Of a stretch of DNA of 64,000 nt, positions 51,025 to 64,000 are shown piece by piece. The notes below the pieces were generated by a model, which was not told the origin of the DNA, did not search any database, and worked only from the letters and a program-made list of their open reading frames with translations. Location: positions 468,941-532,940 of the forward strand of contig NW_014577067.1 of assembly GCF_000485595.1 (NCBI RefSeq). The letters run 5' to 3'. The first letter of the stretch is position 1, and every line of letters starts with the position of its first letter. Source of the stretch: Priapulus caudatus (Eukaryota). The translations under genes were made by a program, and so were the position numbers.

Positions 51025-53238
51025 TTAATCACTTGAATTACTGGATGACAAAACTATAATCTCGTGAGTCAACGATGATGGCATCCTCAGCTGTGACTGG
51101 GAGGTAGGGTGCACTGTGGCTCTTACAGTCTTAAGCCCTGGAACTTCTTGTAGGGTAGCTGATGCAGTTTTAGACATGATGGTTTTTGACTGGATTGCCG
51201 ATTTCCCTGGTTGCTGTACTGACTTACTGTAGTAGGTACGGATGAGAGTACTGACTGCTGGTTTACTGGAAAGATATCCTGATTGCTTGATAGCTTGACT
51301 TGTTCCTGGCTGCAATGTAATGTGGCTTGCAAGTGAAGATATTGTCCTAGCTGTATTCTGTGGCATGGAGCGACTTTCAGAAGTAGAAGGATTTGCTGTT
51401 AGAGAATCTAGCTGTTTTCCAGCCCATTTTTCCCATTTGCCCCCCTGTTTGCCTGGTTGCCCATGCATCGACGTTTGCAATGCCAACTGGGATGAATGTG
51501 AGGCACTAGATTGTCCATGCTTCGCAGCCTGCAGTGCCAACTGGCTTGAATGTAAGGTGCTAGATATCCCATGCTTTGCAGCCTGCATTGCCATCTGGCT
51601 TGATTGAGAGGATGGTGTGTGGCGTCGTTTCACAGCCTGCTGCCCGCGCTGGCTTGAATATACAGAAGTCATGCGTGCCTCTTTAACAGCTTGCGAAGAT
51701 ATCTGGGTTGAGAGTGTGGAAGGTGTGTGTGTTGGTTTACCAGCCTGCAGTAAGCTCCACTGCATCATCGCCCTGACGTTGGCTTCGGCCTCGCTTGGAT
51801 GATAACCACCAAGCTTTCCCCCAGCGGCGTCTATGTGCGTCGCCGCCGGCCTGTGCGAGAGACTACTCCTCGACGATATCTGAGACTGCGAGAGAGACGA
51901 CAGCTCGACCGCGTGCACAGACGACTTTCTCGGCACGCCGGCCGCTTGCGAAGGCACGCGCGCGGCGACGGCCGGATAACCAGCGCCGGTGTCCGTCGCA
52001 CGTGCAAAACGCTTGTCCTTGCTGCCGGCGCCCAATGCGCGCTTGCCGCCGTCGCCGCCTGCGGACGACGGCTTCGTGAAGCTCTTGACGACCGACTGCG
52101 GGTCGAGCTTCACCGAGCAGGGCTTCACCAGCCTGCGATGCTCGACGTGTGCGACTGCGGGCCTCCTCGGCCGCACGCCCCCGCGGTCGCCGTCGTCACC
52201 GCCGCCGTCGGGGACTGACTCGGCGACGACCATCGGCTTGCCGACAGTGTAGTAGCTGGCGGGTTTCGCGTCGGCGACAGCCTTGTGCTTGGGCAGCGTC
52301 TGCACGAGCGTCGACGCCGTGCGTGGCTTCTTGCCGGCCGGCGGCGGGGCCCTGCCGAACGCCAGCCCAGCGACGGAACGCTGCTTTTGCAGCACGGGAG
52401 TGAAGATCCCCAGCCGCGGTTGCTTCTCCGACGATCTCTGCTGCTCGATGGCCGTCTTGAGGTGGCTGAACGGGCTGGCCGGGGAGGACCTAGCTGCCGG
52501 CGCGCTCTCTCCTGCAGGCGTGGACTGGGCGGCCCGTGCCAGGGACTGGGGTATGGACTGGGCGGCCCGTGCCGGGGGCTGGGGTATGGACTGGGCGGCG
52601 CATGCCGGGGACTGGACCATGGTTGGGGCAGCGCGTGCCAGGGACTGGGCCATGGTCTGGGTGGCGCGCGCCGGGGACTGGGCTGCACGTGCTGACTGGG
52701 CCATGCCCGCAGTCTGTGCGGTGCGCGCGGACTGGGCCGCCTGCTCGTACACCTGCTGGATCTGCCGCAGCTGCTCGGCCTCGCTGATCGACTGCTTCTC
52801 GATGTTGTCTGCGCCCAGGAAGCTGCAGAAGGCCTTCATGTACGCGCTGCTCGGCCTCGCCGAAGCCGGCGGCGCCACCTGCGGGCTCTCCACCGTCGTC
52901 GTCCGCTCCTGCTTCGCACGCAGTTTCTCTGCTATGGAGGCGATGAGCCCGGCACTGGCCTGCTGTGCGCCGTCCCCCGGGTAGCCGGTCTCGCCGGTCT
53001 CGCCCGCGTAGCGCTCCTTGCCGCCCAGCCGCCGCTTCTTCAATGGCAGTGTGTCGTTTCGGATGTCCGGCGATACCACCGTGAACTGGCGCGGGCGGGG
53101 AATCTCGCCCGGTTCGAGTACGCTCTGCTTCCTTTTCTGGGGGGCGAAGGAAGAGGCAGTGGCGGCGGGGGTGCGGTACAGCACGTCTGCGCTGGCTCGT
53201 CTCTGTATGTACTGCGCCCACGAGCTCGCCAAGTTCGT
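51025..53238 (-). CDS. CABIN1: CABIN1 terminal exon (737 aa, S/Q/A/P-rich low complexity with internal repeats)
   Basis: Acceptor ttcttgcAG at 53240-53239, phase 0, matching the upstream exon. Open for 2214 nt to TAA. Confidence 0.7.
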   Translation of the reverse strand, partial: TNLASSWAQYIQRRASADVLYRTPAATASSFAPQKRKQSVLEPGEIPRPRQFTVVSPDIRNDTLPLKKRRLGGKERYAGETGETGYPGDGAQQASAGLIASIAEKLRAKQERTTTVESPQVAPPASARPSSAYMKAFCSFLGADNIEKQSISEAEQLRQIQQVYEQAAQSARTAQTAGMAQSARAAQSPARATQTMAQSLARAAPTMVQSPACAAQSIPQPPARAAQSIPQSLARAAQSTPAGESAPAARSSPASPFSHLKTAIEQQRSSEKQPRLGIFTPVLQKQRSVAGLAFGRAPPPAGKKPRTASTLVQTLPKHKAVADAKPASYYTVGKPMVVAESVPDGGGDDGDRGGVRPRRPAVAHVEHRRLVKPCSVKLDPQSVVKSFTKPSSAGGDGGKRALGAGSKDKRFARATDTGAGYPAVAARVPSQAAGVPRKSSVHAVELSSLSQSQISSRSSLSHRPAATHIDAAGGKLGGYHPSEAEANVRAMMQWSLLQAGKPTHTPSTLSTQISSQAVKEARMTSVYSSQRGQQAVKRRHTPSSQSSQMAMQAAKHGISSTLHSSQLALQAAKHGQSSASHSSQLALQTSMHGQPGKQGGKWEKWAGKQLDSLTANPSTSESRSMPQNTARTISSLASHITLQPGTSQAIKQSGYLSSKPAVSTLIRTYYSKSVQQPGKSAIQSKTIMSKTASATLQEVPGLKTVRATVHPTSQSQLRMPSSLTHEIIVLSSSNSSD

Positions 53239-56200
53239 CTGCAAGAAAACGCGCGCTGGTGTATATAGTCGCCAGCACTCACTCCCGTTCACATAGTATA
53301 AACAAGTGCCGCAGTGCGACAGGGCTCATCTGGTGTCTAGTGTTCTGCTGATAAATTCATTTGTGCATAGCAAGACCTCTTATCCATAAGTCTTCTTTAT
53401 TCTTGTTTGACTTTCGTAGCCAATTTGAACAAATATATCAGCTACACTTTCGCACCCACCTAATCTCTATGGGCTAATTCTAATAACAAGAACAATAATA
53501 ACAATTCAAATACAAGTTAATGAATGACATTGACGTTGACATAAAAGATTTCAACATATGAGCATGGATCTCCAAGTTTAATTAGAGGGGGCGGGGGGTC
53601 CTTCTCTCCCACCTCCCTCCCCACTGCGTCCCACCTCCCTCCCTCCTGCCTCTCACCTCCCTCCCCCTGCCTCCCACTTCACTCCCCTTGCCTCTCACTT
53701 CCACCCCCTTACCTCCCATCTCCCTCCCCCTGCCTCCCACTTCACTCCCCTTGCCTCTCACTTCCACCCCCTTACCTCCCATCTCCCTCCCCCTGCCTCC
53801 CACTTCACTCCCCTTGCCTCTCACTTCCACCCCCNNNNNNNNNNCTCCAATTTCGCACTGGTGATGGGATTACTCCCCATCACACTATACACCGAATATT
53901 AAGAGCGTAGGTCGAGCTGTTGAGATTTGTGCCGCAATTCCGTATTTCCTCCTATACCTTAAGTTAAGGGGGAAATATTCCCCCTCCATTGACACATCTC
54001 GACCTTTGACCCTTGCCCCCCCAAACTCGACATCCCGAGTCCTTTTCGCGATCCCTCCCCCAGCGTCCCGAATATCAAAACCGTACGTCGAGCGGTTAAG
54101 ATTTGTGCCCAACTGTTGACAGATGCACGGACGGACGCACGAACGCACAAACAATCATACAATTCTACAAGCTGCATCTGACTTCATCAGCTGAGCTAAT
54201 AATTATTGAATAAGTACAATCAATATAAATGAGATATAAGTGTGTGCGGCTAATTTAACTAATAACAGATAAACTGACTGAATTGTAAAAGACACGATAT
54301 ATGTATATTTATAGGTCAACTAGTTTCGATTATAGGTCAACTAGGTCGATTTACAGGTCAACTAGTTTTCTTACTTGTGCAAGCCTGGTAGATATCTGCT
54401 GACAGAATTTCACAGCTTGATCCAAAACTATTTCATTAACAGTTATCTAGAACACAATTGAATAAATATAAAAATACATGTAGAAAACACCTAAATTCAC
54501 ATTTGAATATCAGCAAGCTGTGAATGAGCACATAATACATAATATCATTATATGTAAATAATATCATTATATGTAAATAGTAAAAGTCATAAACTTGTTC
54601 TTGGAATTTGATGGTGTAAAATTTGCTATCACTTAGCTGTTTTTACTGTCTCTAGTGCATAATTACCAGTTACTTTCTCACAGCTACCCATTGCCACAAT
54701 AGCGAATTAAAACACAAACAACCGCTTAATTGCTAACTCAATGATAACAACAATATATCAACAGAAAAAGTGTGATTCTTTTTGTATCTGAGAGCAGCTG
54801 CGACAAGAATGTATTATTCTTTATTATACTGGACTGGTTGCACACTGCAGTACCTTATCTGAGCGGACAAGTTGATAGGCCTTGATGAATGCACTGTTTA
54901 CTGCCTTGGTGTTAGCACCAGGTAGCTTGTGTCCATGCATCCATATGCGATATACGTCTTTTAGGAAAGTCTGAATCAAACGCATGTCCTGTCCCTTCAT
55001 CTTTCCTGCGACATATCTTATGATCTGTGAATAGGTAGAATACATCCATAAAGCACAATCTAAGTCCCTGTTGTAACTTATTAGTGTCTGTGTTGCGTGA
55101 TAGCTTCGTACAACATGTACCAGGCATTATTTAAGTAGCTACTGTACAATATGATTATCATTTATGCACCTATATGGTACGAGAGATGGTACACGAATGC
55201 AATTAGTGCTATTCGTACAACATGCATTCCAATATACTAAATAAAGTATTAAAATTACCTCAATACAAACACTGAAAGTCTCTTCGGCTAGGAACTCACG
55301 ATCCACATCCCGCACATATTTCCTGGAAATGAGTTAAACTATAACTAACCACTGTGTAAGGCTACAAATAAAGTGAGTAAAACCAGGAGGAAATGAAAGT
55401 GTCAATGACACTGTAGCTCACCTTGGGTTGTGGTAGAAGAGGGAGGGGGGATATATAAAGCAAGAGTATATAAATATATGGGAGAACTGCCATTATATAG
55501 CATATCTCCGATTATATACTCTTGATAATGATATATATGCATAAGTTTTGATGTGAAAATAAATGTTTCAGATCTGAAAGTCTGAAATCTTGACGAGAGA
55601 TGGTGCTACGCCTAAATGATCGCCATCTTGATTTTCGAATATCGCGCAAATAAAAACAATAAAATATTCCAGTCAAATTACTGTATCGAAGAATCTAAAA
55701 CACAATATTACACGTATATAGGTATGATTGTAGAGTTGTTAACCAGTTAGCCGAAATAAACGTAATAGAACGTTGTCATCTCTCCCATAGGAGTAACAAC
55801 TGTTTTGGGGCTAGCCTTACACATTCACATACCAAAATTTAACAAAATCGAATGAATTTAGATGGCCATTTTCATTTTTGCCAAAAAGTGGGCGTAGCTT
55901 GAAAGTAGGTCAACTGGCGTGCCAAAATAGGACGTTCAAATCTCTCCCATAGGAGTAACAACTGTATGCAATTTGAAACATGTGGGTTAAACGGTTCTTG
56001 AGTTATCGTTGACCGTAGCCAAATGTTGACGGACGGTCGCACGGACAGACGACGGACGACACCCCATGGCAATAGCTCATCTTGACGATGTCAAGGCGAG
56101 CTAAAACCCGATGTGAATCTTCAGTCAAGTACATTCAGTAGTAAACACATAAGTTAATCTGAGTGTGTGTTAAGGATAATAAGCGTCTAATAATGTATAC

Positions 56201-59200
56201 CGAGTACACAATATACAATGCAGTAAAACGCGACAATAGCCAGTTACGACAAGAGAAGCTAAACAGTCACGTGATCAGATATACGTGGCATGGCAGTGCA
56301 TGCCTGGATATTTTTGGTTGTGATTAGGCTTGAGTTGTTAGCACTTAATTTTATTCCTAATATAGTAATCTAAATTCATAACACATGCCCAATTGACTAC
56401 ATAGTATATATGTATACGTGTACGTGGACAACCAGAAGACAAGAGAAAACTGCCAAGGATAGGGATATTTATTTAATAAGATACAGACCAAATTACTGGC
56501 AGGGTTATTTCTCAGGATCTATCTATGGATCTATGGTACATTACTGTGAGCTTGGTACAGTTACTTACTTTCCAGGATCCGGTATGCGGCTAAGCTGGAC
56601 ACTGATGCTGTACATTTGGCTGTAGTCCCTCTGCTCTCGCAGTACTGCCATCAGCAGCATCACCGATCGGTACATATGTGTAGCGAAGCTGCCACTCCTG
56701 TTGATCTCATCCACAGGAATGCGCCATATCCCCTATAGGCAACCATCACAGGGTGAAAAATTACCACTGACACGTTTGATATAGTCGTCGTCGTCGTTTA
56801 TATACGGTATCTTCACGAAATCTATCTCATTTAATTGTGACTTTATTTTCGCAAATGCTTAAACATATTAGCATAAACTAATTAAACGAAATTTTCACAA
56901 GAAAGGCTTGTGTGTGCCTAGTTGTGAGCACTGTAATGGTGTTTAGCTGTTCGTTGACACCAGAAAATTGTATGTAATGTAGAGATAGAGAAAAGAACAC
57001 TCACGTTGAAGAAGTTGCTGTGTTTTCTCTCTTGAAACAGAGCAGGAGATGGCATATGCTTCAGCTGTTGCCATGATGACCCAATGTCTGGCCCTAGTAA
57101 CACGTCTTTACTGTGGCGTACATTCTATGAACAACACGAAGAAGGACGGAATCAGCCATTTCCCTAACAATACAATAGCAATAGCAAAACCCTCAGCAAA
57201 AGATCATTCACCTGACTGCAACACCCTCAGTCGTAATATTTTCTAAATGATTCAAGCCACATGTACATTAAAAAGCAAATAACATTGGTCAGCATTTCAA
57301 CAGCAATTCCAATACAACTGGATATAAAACATGGTCTACAAAACCATTTATGTATCCTGAATGCTTTCTTTACAAGCCTCAATGTGAACAATGCTACCGA
57401 TCATGCCTTGCTATGCAAAACTTGACGAAGTAGATAGCACAACTAGCATAGGCACCACAAATGCAGGTAAAACTGCAACTAACCTTGACATAAGGTGAGT
57501 GCAGGTAGAGGTAACCTAGCCGATAAAGCGACTTGTAGTGATGAGGGAAGCGAGAGAGGCAGAGTGCCAGCCCATGCATGCACTGGCGTATGAGATCGAT
57601 GTGGCGCACTCTGTCGTGATTGTGAAGGCCTCGTCTCTTGCTCACACCCTTAATCTCACCTGCAAGGTCAAACAACAATGTTCAAGATGAGAGATAGTAC
57701 ATCAGCATCGACCAACTGCATCCCGTTCTACCACGTTCTTACACAATTACAAATGAGCACGAGAGTACAGAATCTGATTATCGTTACTATTCAACACTCA
57801 GGAATACCAATAATGATAACATTCTAATAACCTTGGCAGACTTTGTTGACAAGCTCCTGCAGCAGCTGGGAACATGCGTTATACGTCTGCTGCTCCTCCT
57901 TGACAGACGACTGCTGACTGCAGAAAACTCCTTTCTGAGAAAGTGAACCTGTCATCGGTGACTTCTCCCCTCCGATGCTGTTCCAGAGTGAACGCATACC
58001 CTCCACAGAGTCGTCGCGACTGTTTTGCCTATCGACGTGCGTAGATGACGCTAGCTTTTTTTCGTCGGTTATTTTCTCCTTGACTGGTGTCTTCTCATTG
58101 AGAATTTTCCTCTCGTCAACACTCGTTTGTGTGTGAAATGTAACATCGTCTGATGTTTCTTGTGCACTGTGTTCATCAGTTGCCACGGCAATGCTCCGTG
58201 ACTCCTGTGTCACGATATCATCGACACAAAACTCATCATTCCAGTCACCGTCGTTACAAGTTCTTGCCACCAGGTGGTCAACGACAGCGACGACGTCCAT
58301 GATGCTACTGAGGAGATCCGAGGTGAGGTCATCCGTAGGGCTGACTACTGGACGTGTGGAGCTGATGGGTGGCTGAGGCTCTTTAATGCCATCACTAGAG
58401 TCGGAACTTGCAACCCTCTCCTCATGCATCCACCTGCAAAACCAATATCATCAGTTAATCTCCACAGGTGTTCATGCCTGTTCGTGTAAACACGTGGTGA
58501 CTAAACTATGAATGAGTGCATGCCAAAACGCCCCTACGAATCATATTTTGTCATGGCCTAGTGGCGTGTGATGTGCAGCTGTGACCAGTTGATTATGATT
58601 AAAGAATTGCCATATTACTAATGATATATCATAGGTCTAAAAAAAGTTAATATCATTCGGTGAAAACTATCCACCATTATGTTCACCTTCACTCATCGGT
58701 TTTGGCAGTACTTTATCTTACCCTCTCATTCCTTCACTCCTATTTGCAAATGGTGAATTAGCAGCATCAGTGATGTATGTCTGAAGCAGATTATAGTCTA
58801 TGCCTTGTGCACATCTGTGCAAGTACTTCAGGATGGATGTGTGCATGCGAAAGTAAACCTGTACAATGGAAGAGAATGAAAGTCGAAACATAACTAGATG
58901 CCACACGACTTGGAAACTTTGAAAATAAGCTCATGCACTCTTATGGATAAATCATTAGATTGGTAAAATGTTACAAGTCTACTGTCTTCTTTCACATTAA
59001 ACTTATACATACATGCCTAACCTTTTACCAAGCACTTCATACCTCTAGCTAGCTCTATCCTGACATAACCAGACTAACCATTATTCTAATCGTTTGCTCA
59101 ACAGCGCCACAATGATCTTACCTCTAATGCTTCCGCAGCAAGATAGGTAGGGTTGTAATAGTGGATTTTCTTTGGATAAGTTGCCCCAGTCTCATGCAGG

Positions 59201-62200
59201 TACTCAGCTGCCTGTGTGTTAGAATGATATACATCTGAATAATGTAAAACTATATACATCATCAGGGGTAGAAATTAACTTTTGAACAAGGGAAGTCCAA
59301 TGGACTCCCTGCCCTCAAAAAGAGGGAGTCCGTAGCAAAATGAGGGAGTCCGCAGTCTGAAGTTCAAAACTAAAGCATAGCAGCAATAACACATGTGCTT
59401 GTTTTGAAGAATATTGCCATGCACGTCTGCCAAATTTTCTTTGGACATTTGCTGAAAAAATAGGGTAATTCCACGAGGCCTTCCTCTGGAACGAACTACT
59501 ACTAATTTGTATAACAGAATTTTCAGGGAGTCACATGGACTCCTGCATATGTCAAATCACGGAGTCCGACAGTAAATCAGGGAGTGTTTGACTCCAGACT
59601 CGCGTTAATTTCGCACCCTGCATCATAACATGTGATAAATAGAAATAGGATTTTCTGCTAACTCATACACATTTAACTGACAACACTAACAGATGATGTA
59701 AGCGATAGACGATGATATACCCTGTGCCATCACAGTGGCGAAAATGAGAAACATATAGAAAACATGGATTTACATGCACATGCCTTATTAAGATTCGTGC
59801 GAGTCCGTGAGCACTTACCTTCTTGTAATGCTGCAAATACGCACTGGGCGCAGCATGCTGCTTTTCGGCAATTTTGCCAAGCATGTAATGAGGCAGCCAT
59901 CGTTCGTCTGTAGCTTCGCATCGCTGCGCCCCCTGGTAGCAGGTTTCCGCAGTCCTCAACCACTTCCTCCTGCTGTCCTGCAGGGCCCGTGCTGACGTTC
60001 GATTCTTCGCGCCCCAGTGAGTCTGCAAATGTGCATTTGGTGATGATTTTAAACAAGAAAACGTGTGATTTGCTTGCAAAAGAACAAAACCCACAATCCA
60101 AAAACTCAAATTTGCTTGCTAGTGCAATTATGAAAGGTGCGTGCATTCTTGACTCATCACACTGAACTTGACTATGAATTTGACAGCTGCAAGGCAACCA
60201 ATAATAATTATAGTTATTTTTAATAAATAAGGTTTCTCAAATCATTTTAGACAGATCACTTTTAGAAAGGTATAAACTAGAGATGTTTAATATGTATATA
60301 TGAATCCGTGTTGACAATTTTATCACATTCTTACCAGTTTCAGTTGACAGGATATATAGGATTGCACCTGATATGCAATCGAACCATTTTCAATCCAGAG
60401 AGATGAGTTACTGCTGTCATTTAACAGTGCCTTCTGGAAACATCGCAATGTCGATTTCGCTTGCTTCAGGATGGAATTGTCATGCTTTAGCTCTGCCTGC
60501 AAACCAACGTTCTAATTTATTGGTTAAAAATATGAACGGGGCAATTCTGAATAGGAATACATATGTGTCAGCATTTGCCTTTTTTCTAGCACTTTTTTAT
60601 TGCAATAAAAAATTTTTTTTAACAGGTAACTTAAAATGAGATCATATCAGGAAAGATTGGTTACTAGAGTAAGAGCTAACTTATAAACAATTAAGATATT
60701 TAATACCATAAATAGAGGCCTCTAAAACTAATATATGTATATATGTATAGCTAATACCGACAGATATCTTGTGTCTATGATTGAATAATTTCATCGGATC
60801 TCTATAGTTCACATGCTAATAAAGTTTATCTCAGTTAGATCCAAAGCTGCCATCTACCTGGAAACATCAGACCTGAGGTTCTGATCTCAGGTCTATCGGA
60901 GAGATGGACGAAAATTTCGTCAGTGTAAGTTATTTTTAACTTAATTTGGATCTAACTGAGATAACTTTATTAGCATATCTTGTGTCTATGTAATTCAGTG
61001 CTCTAAATAAGCGTTGTCCGGTTGTCCGAGACAACCAGAATTTGCGCCGGACAACCTAACCAGTCTGAGACATTGTCCGGTTGACAACCAAGAAAAATGT
61101 GACCAAAAACGCCCTTTATTTATATTTTTCTGACCGCGAATTGAATTTATTTTGGGTGTCGATCGGCCTGCATTGCGTCCATAGCTAGTGTTGTTTCCCG
61201 GCTTCTCATTGGTCTCCCCATGACCGTCCTGATTCATGCAAAGTATTAAGTTTACAGGTTGAAATAAAATAAATTTAAAGATATCTCTCCTACAGTATGT
61301 TTTTGGGTGTTTTCTGACCATTATTATTATGTGATTGAAAATAGGAGATTTAGGGGTTTTTTTTTGGGGACAACCAGAAATTGTTGCAGACAACCTGATT
61401 TGGTGTCTGGTTTTTTTTTCTTATTTCAAGCACTGTAATTAAACGAGTGGTTGCAATGGGATAACTGTACCGAATACAGTTTTTCTTCCAGTCTGCTGCT
61501 GTGAGCGAGGGCCATGCCTGCCCATGAATCAAACCTGTCCGGATTCATGCAAATGTCGTGCATGTAGAACTTAATCGCGTCTCCAGACTCGTTGCTCTTG
61601 AAGTAGTAATCAGCCAACATGTAGAATATGTTACTCAGAATGTACCTGCAAAGTACACAAAGAGATATTTATAAACTAAAAGAAGATTATTACTATACAC
61701 ATATGTATATAAGAAATATAATCAGGGACTAGGTTTCAATGTAAAAACATCCACAACTATTTATCAACATGACGTCATTACAGTAGCACAATAATGATCA
61801 CGCAAGCAGCAACGAGTCTAAAATCCTCAATCAACACGCGATTTATGAATGGGGAAATTTGACCAGCAGTGTAAGACAGAGAATGATTAAGTGTGAGTTA
61901 CTCTGTGTCAGTTGACAGGTTGCTAGGCGGCTGGGGCAGCTGCTCCTGGGTTCCATCTATGTAGGCCACCACCTCATCGATGTGGCTGGCTGGGTTCCAC
62001 ACACTACTGGGAATCAGCGCCAAGATGCGTTTGATCAGCTCCTCCACCTGGTCGTGGAAGACAAGCATTTCTGTTGTAACCCATAAGAGAATACAGCACA
62101 CAAAAATAGGGTAAACATTACTGCTGATCACGAACATAACTGGTGGAAAAATTGAAATTTAAAAGAAATCTTACACGTCACACTTTTCATGAATGCCATA

Positions 62201-63307
62201 GGCAGTATTATTACCAGTAATTTTAATTACATTTCTGAGCTCTCAAAACGGTCTCAAAACTTCGCACATACCACATTTCAATACAACCTTTTCACATAAG
62301 ATATATCTTAAGTAGCAAAAAAACTCATAGATACACTGTGAATGTTAGTTGCACGTAAACATGAATCACCTCAGGCAGTATAGTATCACTCTTGATGCTG
62401 TCAAACTCAGACAAGAATTCTGGTCTGAAGAACCTGAACACGGATGAAGCTCTTTTCCATGTCAGCGTCAGCTGCAAGATTTTATACACAGCACATAGAT
62501 CAGACCAAGTGTTCTAACCTAGCCAAGCCAAACAGCCAGCTACTAACAAACTACCTATCACCTGAAAGAAATGACATGCCTGGTAAATATTTTTATTTGC
62601 GCATTACATGTTTAAATGACAGGTATTCATATTTACCTACAATACTAATACTAAAGTTATAATATACCACATGTCCTATTAGGCACTATTATGCAATGCT
62701 TCTTATGCATTACATGATTCTTAGCTGTTCTTAGAAGAATTAGTAAAACTAATCATAGGCACTTTATGTGCCTCTTGAAAGCAAGTCAACACCTACCTGC
62801 TTCCCTCCATGGTCCTCTAAATGTCTTGCTTTGGATTTCTTGCTAGGATGGCCATACAGACAGTATATGCATTGCTCGGCCATCTCTCTTAGCTCATTCC
62901 TAACCGACTTCTTCTTAGCTGGCTTGTCTTGGCCTAGCTCCTTGTTCAGCACATTAATAAAGAGAAGCAGCAATGCCCCCTCGGAGTGAGTGCACCAACC
63001 TTTCCTGAATTCAATCCAATTAGATCACATAAGTGCGCCAAAATAAATGAAGTCTTGATAATACAATATATATATATATACCTATACCTATATATCAGTA
63101 ATAATATATAGGAACCCACAGTGTCTACATACATTATCTATATATGTGTACAAGAAAGTAAGGCAGTAAAGGTAAATAACAAAACTAATAAATAGTCAGA
63201 AGTGGCGTACTTACCGTCCACAGTGTTCATGAGTAGTCTGCAGCAACAGAATAGATTTTTTTATTCGTTCCTTTTCAGCCTCTGCTCGACAGCCCACTCT
63301 CTCTTCA
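51025..63307 (-). CDS. CABIN1: Calcineurin-binding protein cabin-1 (HIRA complex subunit), 3' portion; gene extends beyond the window
   Basis: Phase-consistent exons: 63307-63215, 63004-62797, 62471-62370, 62047-61902, 61645-61471, 60496-60335, 60022-59819, 59211-59122, 58858-58722, 58433-57832, 57659-57484, 57124-57005, 56732-56569, 55322-55259, 55024-54854, 54446-54375, 53238-51025. Motifs: [29 protein letters not shown]...[58 protein letters not shown]. Confidence 0.9.
53303..54197. mobile_element. Helentron-associated element family 2, with an internal 63-bp C-rich tandem repeat
   Basis: Termini shared with 40446-41717. Repeat units at ~53650-53834. Confidence 0.65.
55391..56106. mobile_element. 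Helentron-associated element family 1, copy C (internally shorter)
   Basis: Both termini intact; homologous to copies A and B. Confidence 0.8.
59263..59620. mobile_element. MITE with CAGGG termini and 6-bp TSD CATCAT
   Basis: caggggtagaaattaac / gttaatttcgcaccctg. catcat on both flanks. Repeated ggagtcc subterminal motifs. Confidence 0.8.
60813..60976. mobile_element. Short palindromic MITE
   Basis: atgctaataaagtttatctcagttagatccaaa / tttggatctaactgagataactttattagcat. Confidence 0.65.
60996..61435. mobile_element. MITE with CAGTGCT termini and 5-bp TSD TAATT
   Basis: cagtgctctaaataag / cttatttcaagcactg. taatt on both flanks. Repeated gacaacc subterminal motifs. Confidence 0.8.
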
Positions 63308-64000
63308 CTAGATGAAACAACAAAATATGCCATAGTAGTTGACAAGAAATAGTAAACATATTATTTATATATATATCAAGAGTACATAATGGGAGATTAT
63401 GTACTCCTATTATGTACTTTTGATATATATATATATATGTATATATAATATTTCGGTGGTGCGGCATGAAATTTGATTGAAATAAGGCAGGAAAATATAT
63501 CATAATGATCAGAATATATATAAATGGTATTTCCACATATTATTCATACTTACATATAATATACACGACACCCATTAGGAATATATGTACCCATTTTCTT
63601 GCACACTCTACTTTAGCCCACCTTCATTGCTTCTTCCTAGCACTATTTGTTTCTTTTTTCCTCTTCCTGTATCTGCACGTCGCCTCTCCTCCCACCTCTG
63701 CGTCTCTCTCTTCTCTCTCGTCTCCTATCTCTCTCTCTTTCTCATTCTCTCCTCTATCTCGAATCTCGCTCGACTCAGCCGTCTCCCGCTGCTCTCCTCT
63801 CTACACTCATCCTCCCAGCCTACTCTATCTCAGCTCTCGTCCTCTCAATCTCCCGCCTCTCTTCAATCTCCCTCCCTCTCTCCATCTCTCTCTCTCTCTC
63901 ACTCTCCCTCTCCCCCTCTCCGTCGCTGTCCATCTCTCTGTCTCACTCTGTCTGTGAACGTACTAATCAATGAGGGAGTGCAGTAGCATCCAAGGCAACA

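Overview
Eukaryotic (invertebrate animal) genomic DNA with spliceosomal GT-AG introns and three assembly gaps (5310-5909, 34161-34834, 53835-53844). Five protein-coding genes can be supported. (1) First coding exon of an RPF1-like gene (- strand, runs off the left edge). (2) Single-exon ZNHIT3 (+). (3) Two-exon RPE (+). (4) A multi-exon MuSK/Nrk-type receptor tyrosine kinase (-; Ig, Frizzled-CRD, kringle, TM, kinase). (5) The 3' part of CABIN1 (-; 15 exons rebuilt in consistent phase, ending in a 2.2-kb low-complexity exon). Introns and intergenic DNA hold many non-autonomous transposons: Helentron-associated elements (one nested), MITEs with 5, 6 or 9-bp TSDs, TTAGGG-carrying MITEs and LINE 3' fragments. 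The most interesting observations are: a candidate internal signal-peptide exon that would give an Ig-less MuSK isoform; a 1.8-kb palindrome that is really two separate insertions of a TIR-less element with 8-bp TSDs; tandem arrays seeded from RPE exon ends; and a possible shared-transcript arrangement of ZNHIT3 and RPE. Gene names come from my recall of family motifs, not from database searches. No prokaryotic-type system (CRISPR etc.) is present.
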